The notes: generated by a model not told the origin, from the sequence alone. A stretch of DNA of 64,000 nt from Vicugna vicugna (GCA_013265495.1 MU059537.1:5651132-5715131); one strand, 5' to 3'; positions 37,587-50,300 are shown, numbered from the stretch's first letter. Program-made: numbers and translations.

Positions 37587-38071
37587 CTGCAAGCATCAGA
37601 GGGGACAGTCACCCCCCCGTTTCTCAGGTGACATGGAGGAAGGACAGACACACACCCTTAATCCCTGCACCCAGACTCACACACACACTCAGCTGTAGCA
37701 TGAGCCACACTGCCTATTCATGGACAATTGTAGGATCACGAGACAATCCTTGTAAAGAGAGATGCTCAATAAATGGTAGTTGTTACTACACCCTCTCTGG
37801 CCTCACTGTTGAAACAGATCAGAGCTCTATAAGGAACTAATGTCCTTCGATTCTGCTCCCTAACATCAAGCAGAGCATTGGTCTTGGCGTGTCGTAGATG
37901 CGCTATAAACTCGATGTGAAATGAGTTGGGTGTACATTGGGGGAATCGATGGATTTACAAAGTGTTTTGGTAAAGTGTTCTTGATCACAGTTCCAATGGC
38001 TGTGCTTGACTTGTCTTGCAAGGACAGCACAGAGTATTGTTCCAGGTGCCCGAGCTCCCACCGCCCCTCAC

Positions 38072-38188
38072 CTGCCAAGCACTGCGTCAGTGAGGATTCA
38101 GCAGCAGGAACTTCGGACCTGACCCCAACAGCAACATTGGCGTTGAAGATCACCTTAGATTCTGGAACTTTCTCAAATTTCCGCATGA
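38072..38188 (-). CDS. TG: TG exon 23 (117 nt)
   Basis: ctttcag|TCATGCGG...TTGGCAG|gtgagg; MRKFEKVPESKVIFNANVAVGVRSEVPAAESSLTQCLA. Confidence 0.97.
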
Positions 38189-39271
38189 CTGAAAGGAAAG
38201 CAGATGGGTAAAATTTGACTCTGAAGGGTGCAGGGTCTTTGCAGAGACTCCAAACTGTTTTGTGAGAGCAATTCTGAACCACTGAGGGGTTTTAAGGGGC
38301 ACCACGTAAACAGAATCGTCTCTTAAAATAATCGCTCTGAAGCATTGTGGGGAAATCATTGGCAGAGGCAAGACTGGAGCAGGAAGATGCTCCATGGGGG
38401 TAATAACCCAGGCCGGACAAGGAGTGGTGTGGGGCTGGAGAAGGGGCATGTCTCTTGCAGGTAGACACTTGTTTGGGGAGTCACCCAGCTGAACTCTATG
38501 CCCTTTGCCTTCTCTAGAGGACAAAGCCTCAAAAATAAGACTGCAATTCCACTCCCAAAGAGAAAGTTCCTCTCAAAGTCAAGTCAAGAGGATTCTGAGG
38601 AATCCCAGTGGGGGCCCAGCTTCTTAACATGGAAATCCTTCCATATATTCAGAGAGAGAAACTTAAGCTCAGAGATTTGCATAAGAAGCCAAAGATGCTG
38701 CGGACCGATCTGGAGGCTGTTCATAAGCCGGTACCTCAGGGAGGCGGCATCAAAGTTGGCAAAGCTGAGCTGTTCCTCATAAATGTTTCTGACCGATTAA
38801 GCTGTCCTTGCTGCTCCAGGTGAACACAGGGTGAACAAGCAATTAAACGCTTTACAAAGTGTACGTGACAATCCTCACAGTCGAGCCAGTGACAGGGATG
38901 CAAAGAAGGGTGGAGTTAAGATGAAAGCACCCAGAATGGCCAGTAATCACCATGGTCCCCGGGCACGTTGCCTTCCCTCTGAGGACAGCCTCACCCTCGT
39001 CTGTGAAGAACAACAAAGATCTGCCTAACTGACTCCTAAAGCACGTCCAGCTGCAGCGCCCCAATGGCTATTTCTGCCCAAGAGGAGGGACACTGGGGAA
39101 CAAATAAGACCTTTGGTGGATTTTATCCACAGACATAGGATACACAGATCCTTGGGATTCACTAGCATTTTGCTGGAGACGGGAAACGATTCGAAAATGA
39201 AAACTTCTTGGCTTTTCTCAGCTACGTTATGTCATTACCTGCACCAGCTTCCCTAGAGGAAGCAGGCAGGC

Positions 39272-39351
39272 TATGTGTGCGTGTGCATGCATGTGCGTGT
39301 GTATGTGCATGTGTGTGTGCATGTGTGTGTGTGTGCAGGTACACATGTGTG
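39272..39351. repeat. Compound (TG)n/CA-interrupted repeat, intron 22
   Basis: atgtgtgcgtgtgcatgcatgtgcgtgtgtatgtgcatgtgtgtgtgcatgtgtgtgtgtgtgc. Confidence 0.9.
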
Positions 39352-39769
39352 TTTAATGAGGAAGCAGATAAATCCAGGTAGAAATACCAGTCTGGGAGTT
39401 AGATACACACCAGTTCAAATTCTAGGTATATTATATCCTGACTATGTGACAAGATAAGACATGTGGACACTCTTTGGCTCAGTTCCCTCAGCCGCATTAT
39501 CAGGGATAACAATAACCCCCTCCTCAAAGTCATGGCCAAGTTTATAGGTGATTGACTCTGAGAAAGGCCTGGCCCGGGGCCTGCCACACTGGAAGCCCAG
39601 GTCTGGGGTGCAGAGGTGGCCCCAGGCTCTAGAGCAGCGGGAGGGGGCCGTGGGGAAAGGTGGAGCCGAGTCCTGGGGACTTCGAGGAGGTCAGAGAGAA
39701 GGGGACCTGCAGATCGTCTCAGCCTGCTCCTTGTGTAACAGAAGAGGAAACGAGACACCTGGTATTTCT

Positions 39770-39940
39770 GGGTCCTCTAATCCATCTGAAACATCTATTA
39801 CCTCTTTCACTCAGGTCCTTGCTAATGCACTCATTATCCCCATTTTACAGATGGGGAAACTGTGGGTGGTAAGTAACTTGTCCAGCACTACACAACCAGT
39901 AAAGGGTGCCACTGGGATTAAACTAGTTCCCACCGCACCT
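39770..39940 (-). mobile_element. MIR SINE
   Basis: attatccccattttacagatggggaaactgtgg...gtaacttgtcc. Confidence 0.8.
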
Positions 39941-40249
39941 CGTGCTGTGGGACACTTGTCAGTTCACTCAGGACTGTCGCACCCATTATGTCATTGAAGA
40001 GCTGGGCTCAGTGAATGTCTGCCAACTTCATAGATGATACTGACCCTCATGGTGTCTTGGGAGCCAAGCAGGAGGCTGCTGGGATCAGAGAAGGTGAGCA
40101 ATTTGCTCTGGGTCGCTCAGCAAGTAAGTTATGGAAGAAGGGCTGGTCCTTGGGTCTTCCCCCAACATCCCACTGAGGGAGAAATGCTAACCAGCTTTTC
40201 GGAGGCGAGCTGCCCACAAGAAAGGAAACCTCAGCAGATCAATGATTTT

Positions 40250-40447
40250 TAAACGCATTTCTCATGATGCTGAGATACTTAGGGGTGAGGTTTCATGACG
40301 TCTGAAATATATGTTCCAATGATTAAAAGAGAGAGAGGAAGAGCAAAACACTAACAATGTTTGGATCTGAGTGACGAGTATTTGTTCATCCAACTGTTCT
40401 TTCAACTCCTACATAGGCTAAAGTTTCCGACATAAAAAGCTGGGGGT
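40250..40447 (+). mobile_element. L1MC/L1ME 3' end fragment
   Basis: gagatacttaggggtgaggtttcatgacgtctgaaat...ctgttctttcaact...cataaaaagctgggg. Confidence 0.6.
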
Positions 40448-40539
40448 AAATGCATCTCACACGCCTCTCCCTTTCTAGAAAGCCCTTGAGGCCATATGCT
40501 GTGCCCCCAGCAGTGACTGACTTAACGGCCTGCACATAC

Positions 40540-40710
40540 TCAGACACTGGGCATCCGCCAACGGGGCCTCGGTTTCGGACCACGGCAGCCTCTGCCCCTC
40601 GCCATCCACGCAGAAGGCCTTCCCGCTGTCCCTGTCCCTCTGGCTGGCTCGGTACTGGCCGTCCTGGTCACACTGCAGGCCTGCTTCATTCCTCTGACAC
40701 TCAGTGACAC
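40540..40710 (-). CDS. TG: TG exon 22 (171 nt), type-1 repeat 11
   Basis: gttccag|GTGTCACT...TGTCTGA|gtatgt; VTECQRNEAGLQCDQDGQYRASQRDRDSGKAFCVDGEGQRLPWSETEAPLADAQCL. Confidence 0.98.
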   Translation of the reverse strand: MSLSVRGMKQACSVTRTASTEPARGTGTAGRPSAWMARGRGCRGPKPRPRWRMPSV

Positions 40711-41063
40711 CTGGAACCAAGAGATGGACACAGTGATCAATGACGTGCCTCGGGGAGCGCCCTGAGGCTCTCTTCAGTACGCTTCCATCTAAGAACACAG
40801 ACCAGATAACACAACAGGCAGAACGGCAGGGTTAATGGGTCATGGAGACGTTCTTAGATATGAACAGACCTTAGCATAGATTCCACCCCTGACCCTGGAG
40901 AGCCATTCACTGAAATCCGTTCTCTTACTCATGACATCTAGGGGAGTGATAATGATGTGACAGACCTCCACTACTGCATGGAAATGCAGTCCAAGCTCAC
41001 CCGAAAAGTGGGATGGAGATGAAGCCTTGTGGTTCATATTAAAAACTTTAATAGATACCACAT

Positions 41064-41409
41064 TGCTATGGGCTGAATATTTGTGTCCCCCTCAAATTAA
41101 CATATTGAAGTCCTAACCTCCCTGCCACCATGTGATGGTATCTGGAGGCAGAACCCTTGCGAACTGATTAGGTTTAAATGAGGTCACGAGGGTGGGGCCC
41201 CCATGATGGGATTAGTGCCCTTATAATAAGAGGAAAGCACAGAGGATCTCTCACTCTGCGTACAAGGACCAAGGAAAGGCCACGTCTTGCCATAACCAGG
41301 AAGAGGGCCCTCACCTGGAACTTCCAGCCTCTAGAACCATGAGAAATAAACCTTTGTCATTGAAGCCACCCAGACTATGATCATTTGTATGTAGCAGCCT
41401 GAAGTGACA
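41064..41409 (+). mobile_element. MLT1A-type solo LTR (ERVL-MaLR)
   Basis: TG...CA ends; tgctatgggctgaatatttgtgtccccc...ggtttaaatgaggtcacgagggtggggcccc...gaaataaac...gtagcagcctgaagtgaca. Confidence 0.9.
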
Positions 41410-42428
41410 TGCTTTATGACCACCCCGTGAATGAGGTGTCATGGTTCCCAGCTAATAGATGAGGAAGTTGACATTTAGAGAAGGAAGGTGACTTGGCCTC
41501 AGTCACAGTGCCAGTAGGAGGGAGACTGGGGGTGGAAATGGGTCTGGGTGGTGCCGAGCCCCAGCTCCCCCTCTGTCCCCTGCAGCACCCACTCCTGTAT
41601 GTCCCTCGGGCAGCGTGATAGCCCCTCAAATCATCTCAGACCACAGTGACTGGCGCCAACATCTGTGAACTGACGATGACACTTGGATGTCAAGGACAGT
41701 CTGTGTTCCTGGGGAAGTTTACTCTCCAGCTGGTATGCCTGACTCTCAGCCTATGAAATCCCTCTGAGTTTTACTTCCGTGGGAAATACCACCCTATTTC
41801 CAACTGCTCTCCTGACCAAGGAAACTGCCTTTATCACAGAAGGTGCCTTGATCTCTTTCAACTGATTATTTTAAAATTCTAAATGATATTCAGATTTTAA
41901 GCAAATAACGGTTGCCTTGTGCTGACATAATTTCAGACTAACATGAAAAGGTGTGTGACAAAGCAAGGTATGGGTCCCTGCTAGGGAAAACCCAACACTC
42001 CCCAGGTGACTATTCAGTCCATGGGCCAAGTGAAATCACATGACATACGGGAAGGCCACACGTACACACGGACCTGGCAGAGTCATAGGGCCAGAAGGGG
42101 AATATGAGCTACACGGTGGTAACATGCCTGCAGGCGGAAAATATCCCCCACTTCTCGATCTGATAACGCTGATTACAAAACTCAGAAGTTTCAGAATCAG
42201 ACAGTACCAAGATCAAAGGCCAGCTCGGTCACTCAGTAGCTGAGTGACTTTAGCTACATTTCTTCCTGAGCCTGAGCCTTCTTATATGTCAACGTTGAGC
42301 TCATAATGTTTACCCAGAAGGGGAGTTGGGAGAACTGAATATAACAACACAGGTGAAATGTCTGGCCTAGATCCTGGCAGGGCCTAGGTGGTCACAGGTG
42401 GGGCCCCTTTGATGATTATGCTGTGTAC

Positions 42429-42674
42429 CCAAAGATTCTCAATGGCGGGCACTTTTGCCCCCAACCCAAGACAGACTTGGCATTGTCTGGAGATGTGCCT
42501 GGCTGGCACAATTTGGTGTGTGTGTTGGGGATGGAGGGTGCTACTGGCATCTCACAGGCAAGGATCAATGACACTGCTATATAAGCAAATATCCTATCAT
42601 TCAAGGGACAGCCCTCAAAAAAGGAAGAATTATCGGTCCCCAAATTGCAGTGGTACCAAGGTTGAGACACCCTG
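42429..42674 (+). mobile_element. MER20 (hAT-Charlie) with 8-bp TSD, 7/8 identical
   Basis: TIRs caaagattctcaa / ttgagacaccctg; internal ggagggtgctactggcatct; flanks ctgtgtac / ctgtgtcc. Confidence 0.9.
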
Positions 42675-42732
42675 CTGTGTCCCCATGGCATTGTAGGGTT
42701 TTTCTCTCAAAGCAGGACCCCGTAGAACTTAC

Positions 42733-42882
42733 AGTGAGTCTGGCTGAAAGCTCCGACGGAAACGGTCGTTCTGCCCGCAGGACAGGGCACACAGGCCAGG
42801 CTACCTGTCTGTTCTTGGTAGAATCCAGCAGGACAGGGGATGCACTGCTCATTCTGGAAATAGCTTCCTTCAGGACACTTCA
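42733..42882 (-). CDS. TG: TG exon 21 (150 nt), type-2 repeats
   Basis: tttctag|TGAAGTGT...ACTCACT|gtaagt; KCPEGSYFQNEQCIPCPAGFYQEQTGSLACVPCPAGRTTVSVGAFSQTH(C). Confidence 0.98.
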
Positions 42883-42989
42883 CTAGAAAGGACGAGCAGA
42901 GCAACGGTGTCAGAGAGCAAGACGCATGCTTCACAGTTACAACCTCAGAACCCACAGGGTCTGGGAAATTCCAAAATCAGACAAGAGCC

Positions 42990-43400
42990 CATTCATTTAA
43001 CAAGTGCCCATGGAGACTCTGCTGTGTGTCAGGCTCCAGGAGTCCAGAATGAGCTGTGAAGAAGGGAGATGAGGTTCCTGCCCCACCCAGGAGCTTGCAG
43101 GCTGGTAAGATCAGAGGGTGCCCGACAGGGATTCCCGATCTGGGTAAAATGAAGCATGAGAGGAGGGCATGTTCATGAGGAAGGCCCCTGTGGGAGGAGG
43201 TTCACGAGACTTGACTGGTGAGGAGAACCCCAGGCAAAGACCCAGGAGAAGAGAATTCCAGGCAGACGGAACAGCAAGAGCAAAATTCTTGAGGTAGGAA
43301 CGAGTTTGGATTCTTCAAGGAATGAAAAGAAAGACGCCAAACAAAGCTGGCGACTTAGTAGACAAAGGGAAGGATGTCATGGGAGGAAGTTGGAGAACAT
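42990..43400 (-). mobile_element. L2 fragment
   Basis: attcatttaacaag...tgtgtgtcaggctcc...attccaggcagacggaacagcaagagcaaa. Confidence 0.8.
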
Positions 43401-46009
43401 CTTGAAAGATGAGGGTCCATCCACAGGTTGCCATGGAAACGTGATGGCGCTCAGTTGGGGGGGTGCCAACTTTGTGGTTGAAAACTGGGTGAAGACCCTC
43501 TCCACGCTATGCCTAACTGACTTCGGTCTTCTCTGAGGCTCCACGTCCTCCCCTGTAAAATTGGGTTAATAATATCTCCTTGGCGTGTAGTGATGTGGCA
43601 CAGGAAGCACGTATTATAATGCCAGACCCCTGTGTGCTTACAGATGGTAATCGTTTTTACCCTTGAGGGAATCCTTCCTTGCAGCCCATCTCGACACCTC
43701 CTCTTTCTGAGCAGGTGCCCTTGCTCCACAGGGCAACCTCAACAATGCAGCCCCATCTCCCTTGGCTCCTGTGAGCTCTCGCTGTTGGTGGGTCTTTAAC
43801 GGCGTTGCTCAGACCTGGGGCTCCAGAGGGGCGGGTGAGACGGCTGGGGCCAAGGTTTATAGAGGCCCTCACTGGCAGATTGTTGTGTTTCTGATTTACT
43901 CAGAAATACCAAGTGTGACCCTGAGGGTGAGGTCCTCCTCACATCTTGCACCCTGGCTGCCTCACCCACCTCATTCGCCCTCCCCAGTTAACCTGCAGAT
44001 TCTCAGTGCTTTCTGTCCCTCTGACTCTAACACTCCTGGTCCTTCCGAGTTTGCTTCCTCTGATAGGATATGAGCTAAGAAGCTGGAAACCCAACCTGGA
44101 CAGATGCATGTCTCACGAGGGGTCTCAGCTGGAGTTGAAGAGCTCTGCCCTGAGCACAGGGCATGAACGTGGTGGCGCTGATGCTGACAGCTCAGGGGAG
44201 GGGGTGACAAGAGGAGGTTCTTTGCTTTCGTTCTTGGTTCAGGGCTGTATTCCCGAGAGTTTCACAGATAGCTTTCAGAAGAAGTGAGCTGTTACCCGGT
44301 GAGGGTGGGAGATGAAAGCATGCCCACTCTTGGGAACACTTCCTTCATGCCTGGCCCTCCTCTGTGTACTGCATGCACGTCCCTGCAGCACATCCATGAG
44401 TTGGTGTTTTATCCCCATTTCACAGATGGCAAAGCTGAGCCTTGGGACATGCACACATGATGCATTGGCACACTCTTGTGCAAAGGGCAGTGGGGAGGTA
44501 AAATTACAGAACATGCCAAGCCCAGTGCCAGGTGTTTCAATGTCACCACCCCACTGTACGGGAAAGGCATCATCCCCACACTGGACAGGAGAAAACTGAC
44601 GGTCAAGGTCGACCAGGAGGCGAGGTGATGGGGTGGGATTTGAGCCCCATTGTCTCCAAACCAAAGCCTTTTCACCACCCACCAATTCAACCACCTTCCT
44701 TTGACAAAGAAGCAGCACCAAGGTGGGGGACGTGCTAGAAAGGAGCCAGCGTCGATCTGAGCGACTCCCTCTGGTGCACATACACGCGCGGCCTTTCTGA
44801 CTCAATCAGAAACTCCAGGCACAGCTTGGAAACTGAGCGGTGTGTTTTCCGGTCTGCCCTGCAGATGAACGCCCTCGCTCAGAGAGCGGGGTTTCATTAC
44901 TTTTATGAGTCACACTGTTGATCATCTCTAGTATTTTTACCTCAGTACTGGAGCTGTTTTTTTTTTAACGTACTCTCCAAATGCATTGCTATAGAAAAAC
45001 AAAACCTTTCCAGCCAGTCTGAGTGGCCACCACTGAACCCGAGGTGCAGGGCGAGGTGCAGAAAGAAGAGAGCTGGGGCCTGACATCGCTGCCGTCCGCT
45101 CCAGGCCCCTGGACAACGCTCAAGGAACGTGCCTGCTGTCTCTCGCTGTCTCTGACATCGAGTCTTTTCACCCGCGGAACCCTTGTTTATATCACAGCGA
45201 GGAAGCGGCCCATGACCGGCCCCTTCCCCCAGCAGGAGGGTCCTCTGAAGACCCCGAGTCCCCTGCAACAGCAGGTGGGCATCCTTCAGTTACGCCCCTC
45301 CCTGGACATCACCGGCAGACCCCTGAGGGCCTCCACTTCCTCCTTTGTAGAATGAGACGATCTGGCCTATTTGAGTTTGAGAGTCTCTCAAGGCTTTGGG
45401 GTTAGGTTAGGCCACCCCTCCCGCCAGCCCGTTCCCATGGTCCCCAGACAATGACAGCCACAGGAAAAGAACACCTACGAGGAAGCAAAACAGTCCTTCA
45501 CTGCTCTGCCTGGGTCACTCAGCGCCACCCTGCCCTCTCACTCTCCACCTTAAAATTCTCCCACGGTGACCCCGCCCAAGCAAGACCCTCGCTGTGTCCC
45601 CAGGCTTCCCCCACGCCAGTCCCTGCCTATCTGTCTGGCCCCATCTCCTGCCACGTTCCCCACACACCCCATGCCCCAGCCATACAAACCATGGGCACTG
45701 TCCCCATAAAGCCACACCACCTCATGACTCCCTGCTTCTGCAGTGGTCTCCATTTCTGGAACGTCCTTCATCACTTGAGCACCCTCAACATAGGGGCACA
45801 CACACATGTCTACACAGGCACTCGCAAGCACACAAATACATACACACACACACACCCCCACGTCTTGTCTGCTCTTGTCCAAGAAGCAATTCCGACTCAC
45901 CTTTAAGACTTCATGCCTTCTGCTACCCTCGCAAGCCCTCCCTGACAGTCCTGACTGGGATGCAAAGGGCTTTTCACATGTTTTAGCTGTCTTTTCACCT
46001 ACCTCTCTC

Positions 46010-46245
46010 CTCAACTAGACTGAGTTCCTTGAAAGCGGAGCTATGACTTTTCCTTCCCTGAGTATGTAACCTGCTGTTTACACATAATTATATTTTGAAA
46101 GTGTGGATGGATGGATGCATGGATGGATAGAAGGATAGATGGATGGATGCAATGCATGCATGCATGCATGGATAGATGCATGAATGGAAAGAAAGAAGGA
46201 AGGGAGAAGGAAGAAAGGAAAGTAGAAAAGAAGGAGGAAGGAAGC
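46010..46245 (+). repeat. L2 3' end followed by a (GGAT)n(GCAT)n(GGAA)n compound repeat
   Basis: actagactgagttccttgaaagc then ggatggatggatgcatgg...atgcatgcatgcatgcat...gaaggaagg. Confidence 0.75.
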
Positions 46246-47831
46246 GAGATGTAACATATTACTTCAGTAAAACTCCGTAGAGAATTATAAGAACTTGGAG
46301 TGAACGAGTGGAGGTGAGTGTTGTCCAGAGTGGACATGGAAAATCTAGACAATTTCTCTGGGATTCTCCTTAATGAGCCAAGCTGGTATGAAGGCTGCGA
46401 GCAGGTAACTCCAAGGTGAAGCCATATGGCTGGACTTGAGGCAAGAGGGTGCACATTACTGACCCCATCAGAGCTGCAAACCAAGCCTCCACCGCCGGCA
46501 GCGTGCTCCCCCCAGACCAAGGCGGCCGTGCTGCGTGCATCCTGGGGGGCCGACTTCCCACCCGTCCCCCTGAGTCACTCCCCCACCAGGGGACCATCCA
46601 GATTAGCCCCCCAAGATGACACACAGAAACCCTGTTTCATCTCCGCAGAACAATGCTCTGCTTGTAGCCTCGCAGCTGTGTTCCAGATGTGCTTCTGCAG
46701 GAGTAAGCACCAGGGAGAACAGACGCAAGGCAGCCGAGGGTGCGACTTCGCCGAGAGCGCCCTTGCTGAGAAGCGAGCTTTGTGATGCAGCAGATGGAAC
46801 AGAGAATTCGGACCCAGCAGAGCTGAGCTGAAGTTTCACGTGGCCAATTAATGACAAAACCACTTGTTGAAGGTTCACCGGATGCGAAGACGAGTTTTGC
46901 ATCGATTATATTCTGCTACATGAGTCACGCCCCCCACCAGGTAGGTATCACTGTCCCTATTTTCCAGATTACAGCTGGTGAAGACGGGAATGTCCCAAGA
47001 ACCCACATTCAGGAGGTGCTGGAGCCAGTACTCGCACCCAGGTCCACATGACGTGTTTCCTAACACTCTTAACTGTGTGCTTCTGGCTGCTTCGTCTACA
47101 CCACGGATTAAAAACACCTGGGTGTCTGGACCAGAGCTGTGCAGAAACTCAGTAATGGATGGATAGTAGCTTGCATATTGGAGAAAACCCAGGGCTTTCG
47201 GTGCTGCTTTTGTGAGATCCTTTCTGGACCTTTCTAACCATTTGGGGTGAGGGGGTGGAGCTGAATGGTGTGATGGGCAGTTCTTTGAGAAATGGTAAAA
47301 AGCTGCAGCAGCCGGAGAACAGAACGCAGGTGTGGGCAGAGCTAGGACTGGCAGAGCAGAGCCCCCAGGCCCACCCCGGGCTCCCCACCTCTCTGAAGCC
47401 CTGTCTCCCTGAGGCCCGGCTCTGATTCCCGGCGCCCCCGCTGGTCAGCACCCTTCAGACAAGTCTATCTGTGCTCCAGCCCAGAGCCCCCTCCCACCTC
47501 CCAGGCGAGCTGGACTGCCGTCCCAGTAGACAGGAAACAGTCATCCAGTAATCAGCCGAGTTCCCTGGAAGGAACCTAGGACCTAGTCCACCTCCTTTAC
47601 TTTATATGCAGGAAACAGGGCCCTGAGAGGCAAGAGGGCTTGTTTAAAGGCGCAGAGCCAGCCCAGGCTCTCTGACTGGTACCTCTCCCGTCTCCTGCCA
47701 CTGCTGCTCTTGGCTCAGTGCTCCAGACGGGGAACCTGGTGTCAGGGAGCCTCTGAATGGGGCTCCAGATCCCCTCATCAACACTTCCTGGGGCGACTAT
47801 AAAAGCAGGCTCCTGGCCTCCACTGCTCCCA

Positions 47832-47912
47832 ATACACACACACATGTGTGCACGCATGCACACACGCACACACACGCACACACACACATGCACACACACA
47901 TGCACACACACT
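47832..47912. repeat. Compound (CA)n/TG-interrupted repeat, intron 20
   Basis: tacacacacacatgtgtgcacgcatgcacacacg...cacatgcacacacacatgcacacacac. Confidence 0.9.
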
Positions 47913-48554
47913 GTCACATCCTACCCTCTCTGAGCCTTTGGCCCTGCAGCCTGGGGTCTTCACAGCAAGTCTGAGGACACAGCAGCAGGGGTTCCAAACA
48001 CCTCCATTGCTGTGACCCTGTTCCACCCACCCTGGCACCATCCGCACCTGCTCCCGCTTCATGTTCTCTTTGTTTGGGCAGCTCTGGGGAGGTGGAAGGA
48101 ACGTGAGCTCCGGTCCCAGAGGACCCATGGTGACTCATTCACAGACAACTGGTTTTGTGAACCAGAGTCCCTCCTCTGAGTCAGCCCTGCTCTGGCCACT
48201 ACGATGCGTGACCTCATATCATCTGAGCCTCAACCTCTCCACCTGTCAAACTGCCACCGAGGGCTGTTGTGGGAGCAAAGTATTCACGAAGGTGTGTCGT
48301 AAACTGCAGAATCCTCTCTAAATGTTAGTGAGAAGCAGCTGTGTCCCTGATTTCTATGTTAAGATCCAGCTGCATCTGAAATCCAGTGTGGGGTTTAGAA
48401 CTTGGCGTGGATTTCATGAAAGGAAAGGCCTTGTAGTTTTTGTGTTGCAACCAATATAAATAGTGGAAAAATAAATAACTAGGAGATGTCTTCTCTCTCT
48501 TCAGCTCAATAACAGTGCCTCTGTCTCCTGCCACGTGGGAGGAAGACTCTGCAT

Positions 48555-49057
48555 CAGGAGTAGAGAGGACAAGGCCCTCAAAGATGTCCGCGTCCTAGTC
48601 CCTGGGACCTGTAAATACGTGAGGTCACGTGGCAAAGGGATGCTAAGGTTGCAGATGGAATTAAGGTCGCTAATCAACTGACCTTAAACTAGGGAGAGTG
48701 GCCTGGATTGTCCAGCTATGTGTCATCACAAGGGTCCTCAGGAGGGAAAGACAGCGTCCGAGGGCGCTGTGACTGCAGAAGGCTGGCCAGGGAGCTACAG
48801 TGTTGCCGGCTTTGAAGATGAAGGAAGGAAGCCACAAGCCAAGAAAGTGGGCAAGATCCGGAAGCCGGAAAAATCAAGGAAACTGGTCCCGTCCCAGGGC
48901 CTCTGCTAGGAATGCAGCCCTGCGGACCCCTTGATCTGAGTCCAGTGAGACCCATATGAGAATCCAAGCCCAGAGAACTGCAAAACAATAAATCTGCATT
49001 GTTTTGAACCACCAAGTTTGTGGCGATTTGTTAGGGCGGCAACAGGAAGCTCATCCA
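48555..49057 (+). mobile_element. MLT1D-type solo LTR
   Basis: ccctcaaagatgtccgcgtcctagtccctgggacctgt...gctttgaagatgaaggaagg...aataaatctgcattgttttgaaccaccaagtttgtggcgatttgtta...gctcatcca. Confidence 0.9.
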
Positions 49058-49561
49058 GCTTCCATTCAAGGAACGGCAGCTGCCGTCTAGTGAAAGTGGC
49101 TCCAAGGCTGCTCGCGTGTAAAGCCAAGAACCGCCCTGTAAACCTCCACCAGGAATCACTTCCCCTGAGCCGTGGTGCCCTGGGCTGATCGATGGTCATC
49201 TGGGGATGGCTGCGAGTAATGTTTCACTGTCACCAGGCTGAGAAACGTCCCAGAGCACACGGGTGGATGTCAGCCTCCTCCACAAAGACTTCTGCCCGAG
49301 CCACGGGGTCCAAGCCAGTCAAGGACCAACAGAAGGACAGCTCTAAACCTTCCTTCTGTCCTGTCGCCTCTACTGACAGCTACTACTTAATGGATAACTA
49401 TATGCCCACACATAAAGGACAACTGAAAAAACTTTGTTGAACAAATAAATGAATGATTGGCCACTCTGCACATCAAAAGAACCTCTCTCAGAGCTCTGGT
49501 GGCCTTTCCCGCCACCTCAAGTGGCTCAGTAGCAGCAGTCTAGGGAGAGAGGAGGACCTAC

Positions 49562-49786
49562 CGCACCCCAGTGGGTCCTGACTGGCGTTGCTGGTGGCCG
49601 AGACTTGGCGGAATCCTTCCAAGCACCCAAATCGTGTCCTGGGAGAGGTGCCGAAGCGGTCCCCTTGGAGGAAGCGGATGGAGGTGTCTGCTTGGAATGT
49701 CTTGGAGTCCACCTGAAGCTGGAATGTTCCACTTTGGACCAGATCTGCAAAGCGCCCAATGAGATCCTCGCCCACTAAGGCCTCCT
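49562..49786 (-). CDS. TG: TG exon 20 (225 nt)
   Basis: ttgcag|AGGAGGCC...GGGTGCG|gtaggt; EALVGEDLIGRFADLVQSGTFQLQVDSKTFQADTSIRFLQGDRFGTSPRTRFGCLEGFRQVSATSNASQDPLGC. Confidence 0.96.
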
Positions 49787-50079
49787 CTGCAAGACACAGG
49801 ATGAGGCAGGAGTGTTACCTCACTGGGGCAAGGATTGGGGAGGACCCAGGGGCAGAGCCGCCCAGAGCATCCCCAGAGAAAGGAGACACAGGCTTTACCC
49901 AGTGTCTCATTTTGCAGAGGGAGAATCTGAGGCCCAGAGAAGGGGGTTGATTGACATAAAGTCACACAGGAGACAGAAGCATGACCAGGACTCCAACCCA
50001 GGTCTCTGGCTCCTGTCATTTCTGTGGCGGCAGTGTGATCCCCATTAGCATAGATGTCATGACTTCAGACACTCACCTA

Positions 50080-50300
50080 AGGTGCACTCTCCAGATACAC
50101 GATGGTCTCAACCTTTGCCAAGCCACCCTCTCTGAACCTCAGTTTCCCCATCTGAAAAATGGGGCTGGGAATGCCCCTTATGCAGTTGGTGGGGATTACA
50201 AGAGAGAATGTGATGGGGCCGGTCAATGGGAAGGCAGAGCCTCCATCCTCGGCATTCAGCTAAATGCTGGGAACCCAGCTGTCCAACTACGAGCATTTCC
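50080..50300 (+). mobile_element. MIR SINE
   Basis: ctctgaacctcagtttccccatctgaaaaatgggg. Confidence 0.75.
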
